Positions 16,103 through 25,939 of a DNA stretch of 64,000 nt are shown here, in pieces (the first letter of the stretch is position 1; the number at the start of each line of letters is the position of its first letter). Origin of the DNA: a virus; UHGV virus genome UHGV-1378516. One strand, given 5' to 3'. The notes beneath the pieces are model-generated. The model searched no databases and had not been told where the DNA came from. It worked only from the letters and a program-made list of their open reading frames with translations. A program made the position numbers and the translations under genes.

Positions 16103-17209
16103 TTAGTCTGGTTTAGCGTCAGAACGAACGTCTACCAGCAACTGAGGACGTGTGCAGTATGGCAGCATGTAAGAGTGAGCTTCAAAGTCAATACCTTCGT
16201 CACGGTCTTTTTCGTATTCGAATACGTACAGTTCCTGACCAAGTGTATTTGCATAACCCATCTTAGGACATGGACCATATGCCACTTCGAAGATGTTGTT
16301 AGCTTCACCCAGCATAGAAACGTTAGGGAAAGCATGACCTACACCAACAGTTGCTGCTACACTATCAATGCTCACCAGAGTGTGAACCTTACCACGCTTG
16401 TCTTTGAACTTACCGTTGTACTGGACAAACTTAACACCACCGTAGTAGAAAGTGTTCATGTGAGCCTGAACGCCGTCAGTACCACCAGTTCTCAGAGAAC
16501 CAGTAATCTGTTGCCAAGCCAGCGGAGTCTGCTGTGCAAGATAAGCGTCACGAATCTTAGGGTGTTTAACCAGTTTGCTGAAGAATAAGCGGTCAACAAC
16601 TACGTGAATTTCTTCACCGTTGATTACAGTGCCAGTCTTAGCTTCGTCTTCCATGTGCATACGCAGTTCTTCAATAGCAGCGTCAATGTCAGCATTAGGG
16701 TTGTCAAGGTCGAAGTAAACAGTCTTCTTCTCAACGTCGAACTGCTTGTACAGGTCAGCATACAGAGTACCACGAGCATCAACAACTTTACCCTTCAGAG
16801 CTTGCATAAACAGGAACTCACGAGTAATATCGAACTTGGTACGAATCTTCATCAGCTTCTTAGCACGTACTACAGCTTCAGTAGTCAGTTCGTTTGCAGT
16901 GCCTGGCTGACGTACACCCTGAATTTCATCAGGAGTAATGCTTTCAACTTCTTTGAAGTACATCATTGGGAAGCTGATTTGACGAACACGCTCAGGTGCG
17001 CTAGTCTCTGCTTTACGGCTATCACGGTCTACCGCATCAAGCAAGCTAACATCCCAATCAGTCAAGTCCATAAGGAAAGTAGTTTGGGTGATTGGTGCTG
17101 AACGGAACAGACCTAAGTTGGAAATATACCCATAAGTATTTGGGATAGACTGGACTTCACCAGTCAGGTCAGCAAGGAAAAATCTGCTTTTTTCAGAATT
17201 AGTCAACAT
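16103..17209 (-). CDS. major capsid protein
   Basis: 368 aa, follows decoration-like and protease genes in canonical head-module order. Confidence 0.65.
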   Translation of the reverse strand: MLTNSEKSRFFLADLTGEVQSIPNTYGYISNLGLFRSAPITQTTFLMDLTDWDVSLLDAVDRDSRKAETSAPERVRQISFPMMYFKEVESITPDEIQGVRQPGTANELTTEAVVRAKKLMKIRTKFDITREFLFMQALKGKVVDARGTLYADLYKQFDVEKKTVYFDLDNPNADIDAAIEELRMHMEDEAKTGTVINGEEIHVVVDRLFFSKLVKHPKIRDAYLAQQTPLAWQQITGSLRTGGTDGVQAHMNTFYYGGVKFVQYNGKFKDKRGKVHTLVSIDSVAATVGVGHAFPNVSMLGEANNIFEVAYGPCPKMGYANTLGQELYVFEYEKDRDEGIDFEAHSYMLPYCTRPQLLVDVRSDAKPD

Positions 17210-17242
17210 TGTAAAATTCTCCAGAATGTCTTATTATTGTTA

Positions 17243-17620
17243 TTACAGGCCAGTTGGTACGAAATCAATACCTTTAGCAGCCAGAGCTTTCTTGACTTCA
17301 GTAGCATCAACGCTTGATTCAAGAGTTAGCAGGTCTTTCAGTTCTGCATCACGGTGGATACCTACTACTTTCAACTGACCATGATAAGACAGTTGCAGGT
17401 CTGCGTAGAAATTAACGATACATACAGAGTCTGCTTGGGCTTCTTCTCCAGCTTGTACCTTAGTACCATCTGCTTTCAGAACTTCACCTACACGATACTC
17501 TGTAGATGCCTGTGGGGTGTACTCTTTACGAGAGTGGCCTGTTGGGGTAATCTGTTCCCAAAGAATGATATCATTCAGAGGTTCTCTGTTACCTAACTTA
17601 GTAAAACCTTGATATGCCAT
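17243..17620 (-). CDS. putative head decoration protein
   Basis: 125 aa between protease/scaffold and capsid genes (lambda D-before-E arrangement). Confidence 0.4.
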   Translation of the reverse strand: MAYQGFTKLGNREPLNDIILWEQITPTGHSRKEYTPQASTEYRVGEVLKADGTKVQAGEEAQADSVCIVNFYADLQLSYHGQLKVVGIHRDAELKDLLTLESSVDATEVKKALAAKGIDFVPTGL

Positions 17621-17631
17621 TATTGTGTTCC

Positions 17632-18978
17632 TTATTTGATAAGAGATTTTAGAGCATTCTGGAGAGCCAGTTTGCGTTGTTCAGCGGTGTCTTCGGAAGC
17701 ATTCTTAGCTGGTTCTTTTTCTTCTTCAACCAAATCAGCTTCACCGTTATTACCCATTTCTTCCATAGCATTAGAATGCTCAAGAACAGCACCAGCAGTT
17801 TCTTTCAGCTTGGTAATTTCTGATTCTTTTTCTTCCATTGCAGAAGCATGGGACGCGATAGTTTCATTAAGTTTCTGGTTAGCACCTTCCATAGCATTCA
17901 TAAACAGAACACTCAGAGGGTTATCAAGACCAGCACCTAAAATAGTCGTTGCAGCTTCTTTTGCATCAAATCCAAAAGCTTCAGCAGAAGCAGAAATCTT
18001 ATTAGTCAAATCTGACAAAGCAGCTTCCTGTTCTTTGGCTTTCATTTGAGCAACCTGAAGACGCAAAGCCTCTAGTTCTTGCTTTTCTTGTTCAGTCATT
18101 TCTTCACCTGAATTGTTAACGTTTAAACTTACAGGAGCCTCTTCAGAACCTTGTAAGTAATTTAAGAAATCATCTTGAGACATGATTGAGTTAATTAAAC
18201 CAAGTTCAAGAGCTTCCTGAGCAGAATAAACATTCGCCTCAGTATTCTTTACAGCTTCTTCAGAGAGATTACGTGATTCAGCTACAAAACCTGTAAAGGT
18301 TGCGTAGGTATCATTAATTCTCTTTTGAAGTCTTTCTTTGCTTTCTTCTGAGAGTGCTTGGAATGGTGAACCCATACCTTTAAACTCACCAGCTTTGATG
18401 ACGTTAATTGTTACGCCATTCTTTTCAAATGCCTTAGTTAATTCCTGATGAACCATAATTACACCAATAGAACCAACATCTGCATCTGGTGATGCAATAA
18501 TTTCTTCAGCAGAAGATGCAAGAGCGTATGCAGCGGAACAAGCGAACTCATCTACATAAGCAATAATTTTCTTTTGGCCTCTTGAAGCCATAATGTGACG
18601 TGCTAATTCAAAGCAACCTGAAGCTTCACCACCACCAGAATCAATATGCAGAACAATAGTCTTGATTGACTCATCTGCTAAAGCTTCGTCAAAGCCTCTA
18701 CGTAAACCCTCATAAGAGCTTAATCCACCTGTACACATTGCATCAATGAACGTCATACGATGAGTTAAACCACCCATAATAGGGATAATAGCAATGTCAT
18801 CTTTTACTTTTAAAAGACTTCTTGCGTCACCTTTGGGTTTATCAAAGTTTACTGCTGCTTGGACATCACCCAGCAATCTGTTATTCACATAAGTTGCTGC
18901 TGAGTGAGCTAATGATTCAGTGGCTAGTAAAGGTTGGTTGAATAATCTATCAGCAAGTCTGAAGATATTCGAACTCAT
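17632..18978 (-). CDS. prohead protease (S49/SppA-like) fused to scaffold-like C-terminal domain
   Basis: 448 aa; ..VLHIDSGGGEASG.. motif in N-terminal half, Glu/Ala/Lys-rich coiled-coil C-terminal half. Confidence 0.6.
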   Translation of the reverse strand: MSSNIFRLADRLFNQPLLATESLAHSAATYVNNRLLGDVQAAVNFDKPKGDARSLLKVKDDIAIIPIMGGLTHRMTFIDAMCTGGLSSYEGLRRGFDEALADESIKTIVLHIDSGGGEASGCFELARHIMASRGQKKIIAYVDEFACSAAYALASSAEEIIASPDADVGSIGVIMVHQELTKAFEKNGVTINVIKAGEFKGMGSPFQALSEESKERLQKRINDTYATFTGFVAESRNLSEEAVKNTEANVYSAQEALELGLINSIMSQDDFLNYLQGSEEAPVSLNVNNSGEEMTEQEKQELEALRLQVAQMKAKEQEAALSDLTNKISASAEAFGFDAKEAATTILGAGLDNPLSVLFMNAMEGANQKLNETIASHASAMEEKESEITKLKETAGAVLEHSNAMEEMGNNGEADLVEEEKEPAKNASEDTAEQRKLALQNALKSLIK

Positions 18979-18989
18979 TTTTACTCACC

Positions 18990-19322
18990 CTATTTGTTTA
19001 AATCTACAGAGACTGAAGAGATAACATAGATACCTTCTTCAGCAAAGAATTGAGGTTTGCTAAGAGCACCAGTTGCCACGCATTTATCGTTAGCATCCCA
19101 CAAGCTATAGTGTGAGACCGTTGCAGAAGCTGGAACAGTAATATTAACTGTGTCTTCTGAGGCAATTAAGCCGTTATCCGGTTCAGAAAAATAAATAGCC
19201 ACTGGCTGAGTAACCTTATTTGCTGTAGGGTCTGCCGTTGGGTCTACATTGTGTAAAATAATAGTCGTTGGGGTTAGCGTGGCGAGGATTTTATTCTTAC
19301 CATCAATAGTTAATGTTCCCAT
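18990..19322 (-). CDS. hypothetical protein
   Basis: 110 aa ORF in head module. Confidence 0.4.
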   Translation of the reverse strand: MGTLTIDGKNKILATLTPTTIILHNVDPTADPTANKVTQPVAIYFSEPDNGLIASEDTVNITVPASATVSHYSLWDANDKCVATGALSKPQFFAEEGIYVISSVSVDLNK

Positions 19323-19822
19323 TAATTAAACCTTACTTTTTGTTTAAGGACTGTTGAATGGTTACCAGATTCATCTACCACATTTACAATCATATCATAT
19401 ACTTTGCCTTTGACAAGTACTTTGTAATCATTTTGTGAAAAAATGTATTCAAGTCTGTTTGTTTCTTTATTAACTGTCATTGGAGATTGAAATGCAGTGT
19501 CGAGGGTAATGAAAGCGGCTTCAATGCTATTAACATTGATACGTTTATTCTCGCAGTTATATAACTTTACACCCAAAAGGCATGAACTGTCAAATGGAAT
19601 TTTAACAATTTCACTACAATTTCCTGAAATAAACGGTTTTCCACTCATTGGAGCATCAAGTAACCTGCAAATAGTGAAAACGTCAGAGGTTTCACCATCA
19701 CTTACATAACCTGAAAGGCTGACCCTTGAGCCAGCCTCTACAGATAATTTGTCAGTGATAATAAGAACACCTCTATACGAATGCACTCGTGTAGCATTTG
19801 AAATAGAGATAACTTCAGCCAT
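19322..19822 (-). CDS. hypothetical protein
   Basis: 166 aa ORF in head module. Confidence 0.4.
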   Translation of the reverse strand: MAEVISISNATRVHSYRGVLIITDKLSVEAGSRVSLSGYVSDGETSDVFTICRLLDAPMSGKPFISGNCSEIVKIPFDSSCLLGVKLYNCENKRINVNSIEAAFITLDTAFQSPMTVNKETNRLEYIFSQNDYKVLVKGKVYDMIVNVVDESGNHSTVLKQKVRFN

Positions 19823-21297
19823 TATTTATTTGCCTTATTTGCTGTGCTTGGGTCTTTCGCTGAAGGTGTCTTTGCAGTACCTTCTCCAGCGGTCTTATAA
19901 CCATCTCCTGAGCGGCTTTGACTATTTGGAGAAAGCTTTTCAGATACTGGCTGAGATTCATCAGCAGGAGGAAGACCAATATGCTCTCTAAGTTTGTTAG
20001 ATAGTTCTTTGTCAACTTCCAAAGCACCTACTGCAACAGTTTTCTGAATATAAGAACCAATTGCTTCAAGGTCTGGAGTTTCGATATCATCATATGTAAT
20101 TTGTACGTGTTCTTCATCATCCCACATATTAAGAGCATAAGTCTGTGCAACTAAATCACGGTTAATTACGTTCTTAATCTGCTTAAGCAGAATATCTACT
20201 GACATTGCTAGTAAGCTTGTCTTAGAATCTGCAAGAGAGAATGAACCGTATTTTGACTGACCCATAGCAAGAACATCTGACATAAATGCCATCATAATCT
20301 GCTTGGAATATCTGTCAATAATAGAACCTGTATCGTATGCTTTAGCACCCTGTCTAGAAACTAATGAGAACTCAAAAATATCCTCTTTAGTATCTGGGTC
20401 GATATATCTAGGCCAGATTAAACCTGCTCTGTCATTAGCAATCATATCATTAACAACAGTTTTGCAGTATTGTACGAAAGCTTTCTTTTCAGGTTCTGCA
20501 TTTTCATCCAAATAATCTGGTGGTAAACCAATCTTTGGCATACCTACCAAGTCTCTTGAAACACCAACAGCTTCGTACTCTTCAATCTGAACTTTATACT
20601 TCCACGGTACATAAGCATTAAGTAATGGTGAACGACCTTCTGGGTTTCCATATTCATCGTCATACTTAAACAGCATGAATTTAGCTCGTGGAAGTTTTCT
20701 TGTTAGTGGTCTTTCTCCGAGATTAATTGCTCCAGCAATATGTGAAACATTTCTCAGATTCTGCCTAACACCTGTAACTTTTCTAAAGTCTTCGTCAAAA
20801 TACCACTTATCAAGTGTTGATTGGTTTCTGATTGGTAATTTAGCCCATCCAATTAGACCATCATCAAATTTAGACTGGTACTTTCCTTTTTTACCCTGAC
20901 GCTTCTTATAAACTTTCTCGTTAACACAGAACCCATAAGTACAGAATGACATTACAGAATTAATAAAATCTGCCCAATCATGCTCCATGTCATCCATTAA
21001 AGAATTAAAGAAGTCTGCTCTTTCAAGCATTTTAGGGTCTTGCTCTTTTCCCTTTGGAGGTACGAATCTCCAGTTGACTTTTCTGACAAACATCTTAATA
21101 ATATTTACAGATGCTGCTACAGCAGGGTCACGCATCATTAATTGGAAAGTTTTAATACTTTCAGGGAATCTTAGTGCCTGACGAGGTTCTTCATAGATTC
21201 TTCCATTCTTAACCTTCAGACCCAAAGAACCTACTTCACCCATTCTAAATGGTGGTAAGCTTTCTTGTGTTTCTGTAATATCTGCCATTCTTCTCAC
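19822..21297 (-). CDS. portal protein
   Basis: 491 aa, immediately downstream of terminase large subunit. Confidence 0.6.
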   Translation of the reverse strand: MRRMADITETQESLPPFRMGEVGSLGLKVKNGRIYEEPRQALRFPESIKTFQLMMRDPAVAASVNIIKMFVRKVNWRFVPPKGKEQDPKMLERADFFNSLMDDMEHDWADFINSVMSFCTYGFCVNEKVYKKRQGKKGKYQSKFDDGLIGWAKLPIRNQSTLDKWYFDEDFRKVTGVRQNLRNVSHIAGAINLGERPLTRKLPRAKFMLFKYDDEYGNPEGRSPLLNAYVPWKYKVQIEEYEAVGVSRDLVGMPKIGLPPDYLDENAEPEKKAFVQYCKTVVNDMIANDRAGLIWPRYIDPDTKEDIFEFSLVSRQGAKAYDTGSIIDRYSKQIMMAFMSDVLAMGQSKYGSFSLADSKTSLLAMSVDILLKQIKNVINRDLVAQTYALNMWDDEEHVQITYDDIETPDLEAIGSYIQKTVAVGALEVDKELSNKLREHIGLPPADESQPVSEKLSPNSQSRSGDGYKTAGEGTAKTPSAKDPSTANKANK

Positions 21298-21304
21298 CTA
21301 GCTA

Positions 21305-22921
21305 TCAACGTCTAAGCCCCTCATATGGGTTTCCTCTCACTAAGTCTGTGTGAGCACCCATTGATGGTGGCTTGAATAATTTAACTTCGTTAAGACTGTT
21401 GAAAGCATCACTGGTAGCATCCACTTGGTCATCTTTAGTTTTGCCATCACCACAAAAGCCTTCAAGCTCTTGAAAATAAGCTTCGTTCCAACTACCTCTC
21501 AAGACTTTTACAAGTCCAGCTTCAGAAGCAGCAGAAAATCCCGCAAAGCGGGTAACTTTATCTTTATTTGTTGGTTTAGCTCTTGCACGATAACCTTTCT
21601 CGGCAAGTTTCCTGATGAGGGATGTTGCGTAGGATTTACCAGCAGCGCCTGGGTCTTGAGGGATAAAAATACCAGTTCGCTTACCGTCACTTTCAGCAGT
21701 CAAATTAATTTGTGTTTCGACTCCAGAGGGTCTATCTCTAAATCTTACTACATCAATGATATAATAGCAACCGTCTTTTTTAGATTTACCCATCTTAACA
21801 CCTGCTGTCCAGTCTGGATTAGGGTTAATCTCAGATGGTAAAGTTGCTGCTAAGTCCCATGCTCTAACATCGAATACATCTTCTGGGAGTGAATCAACAA
21901 TCTCACACCATTGTCTTTGCCAATAGTTTGAACCTTCTGCACGAGCCTTCCAGTTACCGAAACGAAGTCTTGCAACGTTTACAGGGGTGTTGTTTTCCAA
22001 CTTACCACGGTACTTAGGTTCTAAGAAGTCAAGGATTGGGTTATCATCAATCGTACCAGAGATAAAGGTGTATGTTTGAGGAATCTCAAGAGGGAACATT
22101 TCAAGAATCTTGTCTCTCTCCCAATCAGAAACCATCACACCGTCATTCATTACATACCAACGAATACGACCACACTTTTCAGGGTCTGGATAACCTTCTT
22201 CATCTAAGAATGGTTCTACCCAATCATAAATAAAGTGGTCTCTGTCTGGGTTCATGGAAATCTTCATGTATGAATCACCTTCAGCACCAGAACGCAGACG
22301 TGTTTGTAGGTATGAAATCTGTGAAGCAGAGAAGTGTGTACCTTCGTCAAAGTAAATAGCTGAGTATTCAATACCCTGATGACCTTCAGCGTGTTTTTCA
22401 AGTTCTAAATAAGTAAACTTGATAGTTGCCCCAGAAGGGAATGTGATAGTCATCTTCTGCTCGTGAGGAACCCCACCAAACTTACCAAATAGTTTCTTTG
22501 CAGCAGGCCATAAACCACCTTGTAGCTGTGTTGTATTTCGACGGAAATATACAGCATTATAATTAGGGTCTTCAATAAACCTTAAAGAATCCATTAACAA
22601 TGCAGCAGTTTTACCAGCACCAGCAGCACCACCATAGAGAACCAAGTCAGCATTAGTATTTAAAAAGACCTCTTGAGAACCCGGCTGAGGGGCTACATAA
22701 TTCTTATCAGTCATCAATTTGAAGATAAGTCTAACTTGGTCTGGTGTGTATCTTAATAAAGTCAGAATTTGAGTTGGAAGGAATTTAGAGGGGTCTTTAC
22801 CGAATGATTTGATAATTTCTTTTACTTCATCAGAAAGCCCCAACTCTCCAGCTAGGACTTTCCTAACATCTTCCACTCTCTTCTGCTTAACAGCATTTAA
22901 GTCCATTAAGCACCTCCGCAA
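21305..22921 (-). CDS. terminase large subunit
   Basis: 538 aa; Walker A ..YGGAAGAGKT.. near N-terminus, acidic nuclease-like C-terminal half. Confidence 0.85.
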   Translation of the reverse strand: MRRCLMDLNAVKQKRVEDVRKVLAGELGLSDEVKEIIKSFGKDPSKFLPTQILTLLRYTPDQVRLIFKLMTDKNYVAPQPGSQEVFLNTNADLVLYGGAAGAGKTAALLMDSLRFIEDPNYNAVYFRRNTTQLQGGLWPAAKKLFGKFGGVPHEQKMTITFPSGATIKFTYLELEKHAEGHQGIEYSAIYFDEGTHFSASQISYLQTRLRSGAEGDSYMKISMNPDRDHFIYDWVEPFLDEEGYPDPEKCGRIRWYVMNDGVMVSDWERDKILEMFPLEIPQTYTFISGTIDDNPILDFLEPKYRGKLENNTPVNVARLRFGNWKARAEGSNYWQRQWCEIVDSLPEDVFDVRAWDLAATLPSEINPNPDWTAGVKMGKSKKDGCYYIIDVVRFRDRPSGVETQINLTAESDGKRTGIFIPQDPGAAGKSYATSLIRKLAEKGYRARAKPTNKDKVTRFAGFSAASEAGLVKVLRGSWNEAYFQELEGFCGDGKTKDDQVDATSDAFNSLNEVKLFKPPSMGAHTDLVRGNPYEGLRR

Positions 22922-22927
22922 ATAGAA

Positions 22928-23128
22928 TTATTCAGAGTCTGTAGCAGTCTCTTCTTTCTTAACTTCGAACTTTGCATCAACAGCATCAAGAAGTGCATCC
23001 ATAGATGCTTCTTTAATATCAATACCTGTTGCTACAGACAATCTGTCTGCAATTGCCATGATAGTATTCTGCATAAATTCTAGCTTTTTATTAGCTTCAT
23101 AAAGTTCTTTATAAACGGTCTCGCTCAT
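22928..23128 (-). CDS. hypothetical small protein upstream of terminase
   Basis: 66 aa, ATG with SD GGAGAA; first gene after tandem terminators. Confidence 0.4.
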   Translation of the reverse strand: MSETVYKELYEANKKLEFMQNTIMAIADRLSVATGIDIKEASMDALLDAVDAKFEVKKEETATDSE

Positions 23129-23164
23129 TATGTTTTCTCCAAATAGTTAACCATGTTTCCCCTT

Positions 23165-23188
23165 AAAAAAGACGGCACAGAGACCGTC
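23165..23188 (-). terminator. rho-independent terminator
   Basis: Minus-sense GACGG-ucucugug-CCGUC + U6. Confidence 0.6.
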
Positions 23189-23253
23189 AAGGAGAAACCA
23201 CAATGTACGTCAGAGACATACTGTATAAGTCTTCCTATAAAGTATAACTCTGT

Positions 23254-23313
23254 AAAAAAGCCCTGTCTAAAAATACTCTTCGGTAGCGAAAGGAAGAATA
23301 CTTATAGCAGGGC
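23254..23313 (-). terminator. long compound hairpin + U6 (terminator or small structured RNA)
   Basis: Minus-sense GCCCUG..[10-bp inner stem with two G-U pairs]..CAGGGC followed by UUUUUU, just after tRNA-Cys. Confidence 0.5.
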
Positions 23314-23350
23314 ATTATTATTATTTTAATTGAGAGAGAGTAAAATAACT

Positions 23351-23426
23351 TGGAGAATCCGAAGGGACTCGAACCCTTATAAACCTGTTTTGCAGACAGG
23401 CACATAGCCATTTCTGTCACGGATTC
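23351..23426 (-). tRNA. tRNA-Cys (GCA)
   Basis: Hand fold: CCA encoded, T-arm AAGGG-ACTCGAA-CCCTT on plus, 5-bp anticodon stem, loop gives GCA. Confidence 0.7.
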
Positions 23427-23430
23427 AAAT

Positions 23431-23523
23431 TGGAGGAAGATACCAGACTTGAACTGGTACACCGATTTCTCAGCTACTGGCAGTTTAGCAAACTGCTCCC
23501 TTACCTTTTAGGGTTAATCTTCC
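23431..23523 (-). tRNA. tRNA-Ser (GCU), long variable arm
   Basis: 93 nt; T-arm ACCAG-ACTTGAA-CTGGT; perfect anticodon stem GCAGT/ACTGC; matching acceptor. Confidence 0.7.
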
Positions 23524-23525
23524 AT

Positions 23526-24260
23526 TTATTTCTGTAATACGTTCTTCATTTCTGGTGTTGCAATAGTGTCAATTACACCAGTTTTACAAGCATCATCAAA
23601 CCAGTCTGGTAAGATACCTGCTAAGAACCCATTGATATTCGTTTTAAGGTACTCTGCAATAAGAGCAGCTTCTTCTTCAATCATCTGCACAACTTCATCT
23701 GCATAAGCTGTAATTTTTGAAATACCTTCATTAATCTTACTAACAGCTTGGTTAGCTAAATCAGAAATAGTATCAAGACCTTTGTCAATAGCGTCTTGTA
23801 AGTCACTTAATACATCATTAACACCGTCTAGTGCACTGTTAATCGTATCAATAGCTTTTTGACCATACTCTGTAGCAACACCCATAATACCACTAAATGG
23901 TGTACAACCAACTTGTTCACCTGCTGCACCCATAACATTAGAATAGCCTTTTGCTACCTGCATACGTGATGAGAACTCATCAATGGACTTTTGACCGTAA
24001 TCTGTCAGTGTTTTGGTAGTTGATGTAGTGCTTGTCAGACTCGTGGTAAAGCTGTTAAGCAGAACTGTTGTGAGTCCAGCAGCAACAAGCTTATCCTTTA
24101 CTGTAGGGTCTGATACAGAGCTAATAGAGCTTACAAGTGATGTAGAGGCAGCTACGGTTCCGCCGAGAACTGCTGCACCAGTAATAAGGGGGTTAGAAAA
24201 CCCTTTACCAGTTTTTAAGAGATTGAAAATCTCCTTACCTTGTTCTGTCATCTCTTTCAT
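23526..24260 (-). CDS. hypothetical Ser/Thr-rich protein embedded in tRNA array
   Basis: Track ORF 23526..24323 begins with GTG overlapping a tRNA; trimmed to in-frame ATG at 24260. Confidence 0.45.
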   Translation of the reverse strand: MKEMTEQGKEIFNLLKTGKGFSNPLITGAAVLGGTVAASTSLVSSISSVSDPTVKDKLVAAGLTTVLLNSFTTSLTSTTSTTKTLTDYGQKSIDEFSSRMQVAKGYSNVMGAAGEQVGCTPFSGIMGVATEYGQKAIDTINSALDGVNDVLSDLQDAIDKGLDTISDLANQAVSKINEGISKITAYADEVVQMIEEEAALIAEYLKTNINGFLAGILPDWFDDACKTGVIDTIATPEMKNVLQK

Positions 24261-24276
24261 TAAGCACCTTTGAAAT

Positions 24277-24353
24277 TGGTAGTCCAGTGGGATTTGAACC
24301 CTCTTCTCATGTTTTTCAGACACGCGCTTTAACCATATAAGCTACTTGGACTA
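24277..24353 (-). tRNA. tRNA-Phe (GAA), tentative
   Basis: T-loop ATTTGAA; perfect acceptor pairing; anticodon stem has one mismatch. Confidence 0.5.
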
Positions 24354-24358
24354 TAAAT

Positions 24359-24435
24359 TGGGGTGACCTACGGGATTTGAACCCGTATAGACCATGTTCA
24401 CAGCATGGGTCATTACCATTTATGATAAGGCCACA
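24359..24435 (-). tRNA. tRNA-His (GUG)
   Basis: Perfect T-stem ACGGG/CCCGT and anticodon stem CCATG/CATGG; loop gives GUG. Confidence 0.7.
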
Positions 24436-24465
24436 TTTAAGGACTCTCGTAAGAATCCTTAGAAG

Positions 24466-24541
24466 TGGCAGCGGCATAAGGATTTGAACCTTAATAGGAC
24501 AGCTTCAGAGACTGTTGCATTGCCAGTTATGCTATACCGCT
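24466..24541 (-). tRNA. tRNA-Gln (CUG), tentative
   Basis: T-arm TAAGG-ATTTGAA-CCTTA; anticodon loop gives CUG; D-arm GCAT/ATGC. Confidence 0.55.
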
Positions 24542-24546
24542 AAATT

Positions 24547-24618
24547 TGGTACTCCATATCGGATTCGAACCGATACATAACACAGATTTTAAGTCTGGCC
24601 TCTCTGCCAATTGGAGTA
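24547..24618 (-). tRNA. tRNA-like, atypical (short D-arm; anticodon possibly UAA)
   Basis: Clear T-arm ATCGG-ATTCGAA-CCGAT and acceptor pairing but only ~72 nt; anticodon arm ambiguous by eye. Confidence 0.35.
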
Positions 24619-24627
24619 ATGGAGCAT

Positions 24628-24703
24628 TGGCGGGGGATGTTGGAATTGAACCAACTTCTTCGATTTCAAAGACCGAGGTTTTAACCTTGTAAACTAATCC
24701 CCT
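24628..24703 (-). tRNA. tRNA-Gln (UUG), tentative
   Basis: T-arm GTTGG-AATTGAA-CCAAC; anticodon loop gives UUG. Confidence 0.55.
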
Positions 24704-24711
24704 TTAAATCT

Positions 24712-25269
24712 TTACTTTCTTAGTGGATGAATAAAGAATGCCAACATAACTCTTTCCCTTGAGAATGCTCTTTCTTCTGGGACAACGCTTTTAAGTTTCC
24801 ACCCAACATAAATTCTCCAGTAAAATTGTTTACCAAAGATTTTGATTGATGGCACAAAAGCGAATAACCCCCAAGCATTACTGTTCCACATTAGGAGATA
24901 ACCAGTTTGATTATCTTCAGGGTTAGAACTTACGTTGATATTACCTTTCCACTTAGTAACGTCTTTTACATCTCTTCCTAACACATGGTAAGAGAAGTTA
25001 TAAGCTTTGTTTCTCCAGAGCCATCCAACTCTCTGCATGTAGACACCAAGCTTACCAATCTTTCTAATCTTAGCCCATCGTTTGATATGACCTGCATCAC
25101 CATCAATTGGGTTGTCATAAGTCTCCATCCATCTGAACCCGAAAGGCAAGTGTCCTTTCTTCTCACTGTAGAATGGAACTACAAAAGGTGCTAAGATAAC
25201 TGCTAAGATTGCTGCAAATGGCTCTAACAAAGCTAAGAAAATCCATGAAGCATACTTTAAGTATCTCAT
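24712..25269 (-). CDS. hypothetical membrane protein embedded in tRNA array
   Basis: 185 aa, hydrophobic N-terminal segments (..WIFLALLEPFAAILAVILAPFVVPF..). Confidence 0.5.
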   Translation of the reverse strand: MRYLKYASWIFLALLEPFAAILAVILAPFVVPFYSEKKGHLPFGFRWMETYDNPIDGDAGHIKRWAKIRKIGKLGVYMQRVGWLWRNKAYNFSYHVLGRDVKDVTKWKGNINVSSNPEDNQTGYLLMWNSNAWGLFAFVPSIKIFGKQFYWRIYVGWKLKSVVPEERAFSRERVMLAFFIHPLRK

Positions 25270-25508
25270 TGTCTAATCCTCGTAAGGAGGTAAATGTTAT
25301 TATTAGTTTCTAAACCTTCTGGTAAAACTGTCTCAAAAATAACACTCTTCAGATGTCTACCACCAAAACAATCACGTATAAATCTTTCTACTCTAGCGGG
25401 GTCACATAAGTATCCCACTTTTAAGAAAATGTGGTGTTCAACACCAATGACCCTGACAAACTCAATACTCTCACAGTTTTCATGTTCAACTACTGTTAAT
25501 GTTTGCAT
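25266..25508 (-). CDS. hypothetical protein
   Basis: 80 aa, ATG at 25508, stop/start overlap with downstream ORF. Confidence 0.45.
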   Translation of the reverse strand: MQTLTVVEHENCESIEFVRVIGVEHHIFLKVGYLCDPARVERFIRDCFGGRHLKSVIFETVLPEGLETNNNIYLLTRIRQ

Positions 25509-25525
25509 AGTATCACCTTTTTATC

Positions 25526-25601
25526 TGGCGCAGGATAAGGGATTCGAACCCCTATTAACAGCTTCGTAGACTGTTGCTCTTTCCATTTGAACTAATCCTG
25601 C
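25526..25601 (-). tRNA. tRNA-Arg (ACG)
   Basis: T-arm AAGGG-ATTCGAA; anticodon loop gives ACG; perfect acceptor. Confidence 0.65.
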
Positions 25602-25606
25602 AAAAT

Positions 25607-25684
25607 TGGTGTTCCAAGACGGATTCGAACCGTCACTAATACAAGGTTTGAGCTTGCATCCTCTGCCAATTGGGATACTGGAAC
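25607..25684 (-). tRNA. tRNA with anticodon CAA (Leu-type) but short variable arm
   Basis: Perfect T-arm GACGG-ATTCGAA-CCGTC; 5-bp anticodon stem with U33/A37 gives CAA; A73; only ~78 nt. Confidence 0.5.
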
Positions 25685-25685
25685 A

Positions 25686-25760
25686 TGGTACTCACTAAAG
25701 GACTTGAACCTTTTTCTTCATCTTGTAAGGGTGATGTTTTACCATATAAACTAAGCGAGT
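25686..25760 (-). tRNA. tRNA-Val (UAC)
   Basis: T-arm AAAGG-ACTTGAA-CCTTT; anticodon stem TCATC/GGTGA; loop gives UAC. Confidence 0.65.
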
Positions 25761-25856
25761 ATGAAAGAGGTCTGGAGTTGTGCCGCTAACTCAACTCCGT
25801 GGAATTTGTTACGGTCTTCAGTTGACTCAAAGCGGTCTTTCACTTGACCTCTGAAT

Positions 25857-25932
25857 TGGTGCTCCCACAAGGACTCGAACCCTGATAAGTTGCTTACAAG
25901 GCAACCGTAATAACCAATTATACGATAGGAGC
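25857..25932 (-). tRNA. tRNA-Thr (UGU)
   Basis: Perfect anticodon stem GTTGC/GCAAC; loop gives UGU. Confidence 0.7.
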
Positions 25933-25939
25933 ATTAATT

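Noticed and set aside
16175-17101. Plus-strand track ORFs (137 and 165 aa) inside the major capsid gene
   Set aside because: Antisense to a well-supported minus-strand gene; the same applies to 17609..18049 in the protease gene, 53994..54521 in the NAMPT-like gene, 4169..4450, 55809..56120 and similar nested ORFs.
23235-23462. Track ORF (75 aa, minus) between terminase region and tRNA array
   Set aside because: Overlaps tRNA-Cys/Ser and the compound terminator hairpin; low-complexity translation; no RBS.
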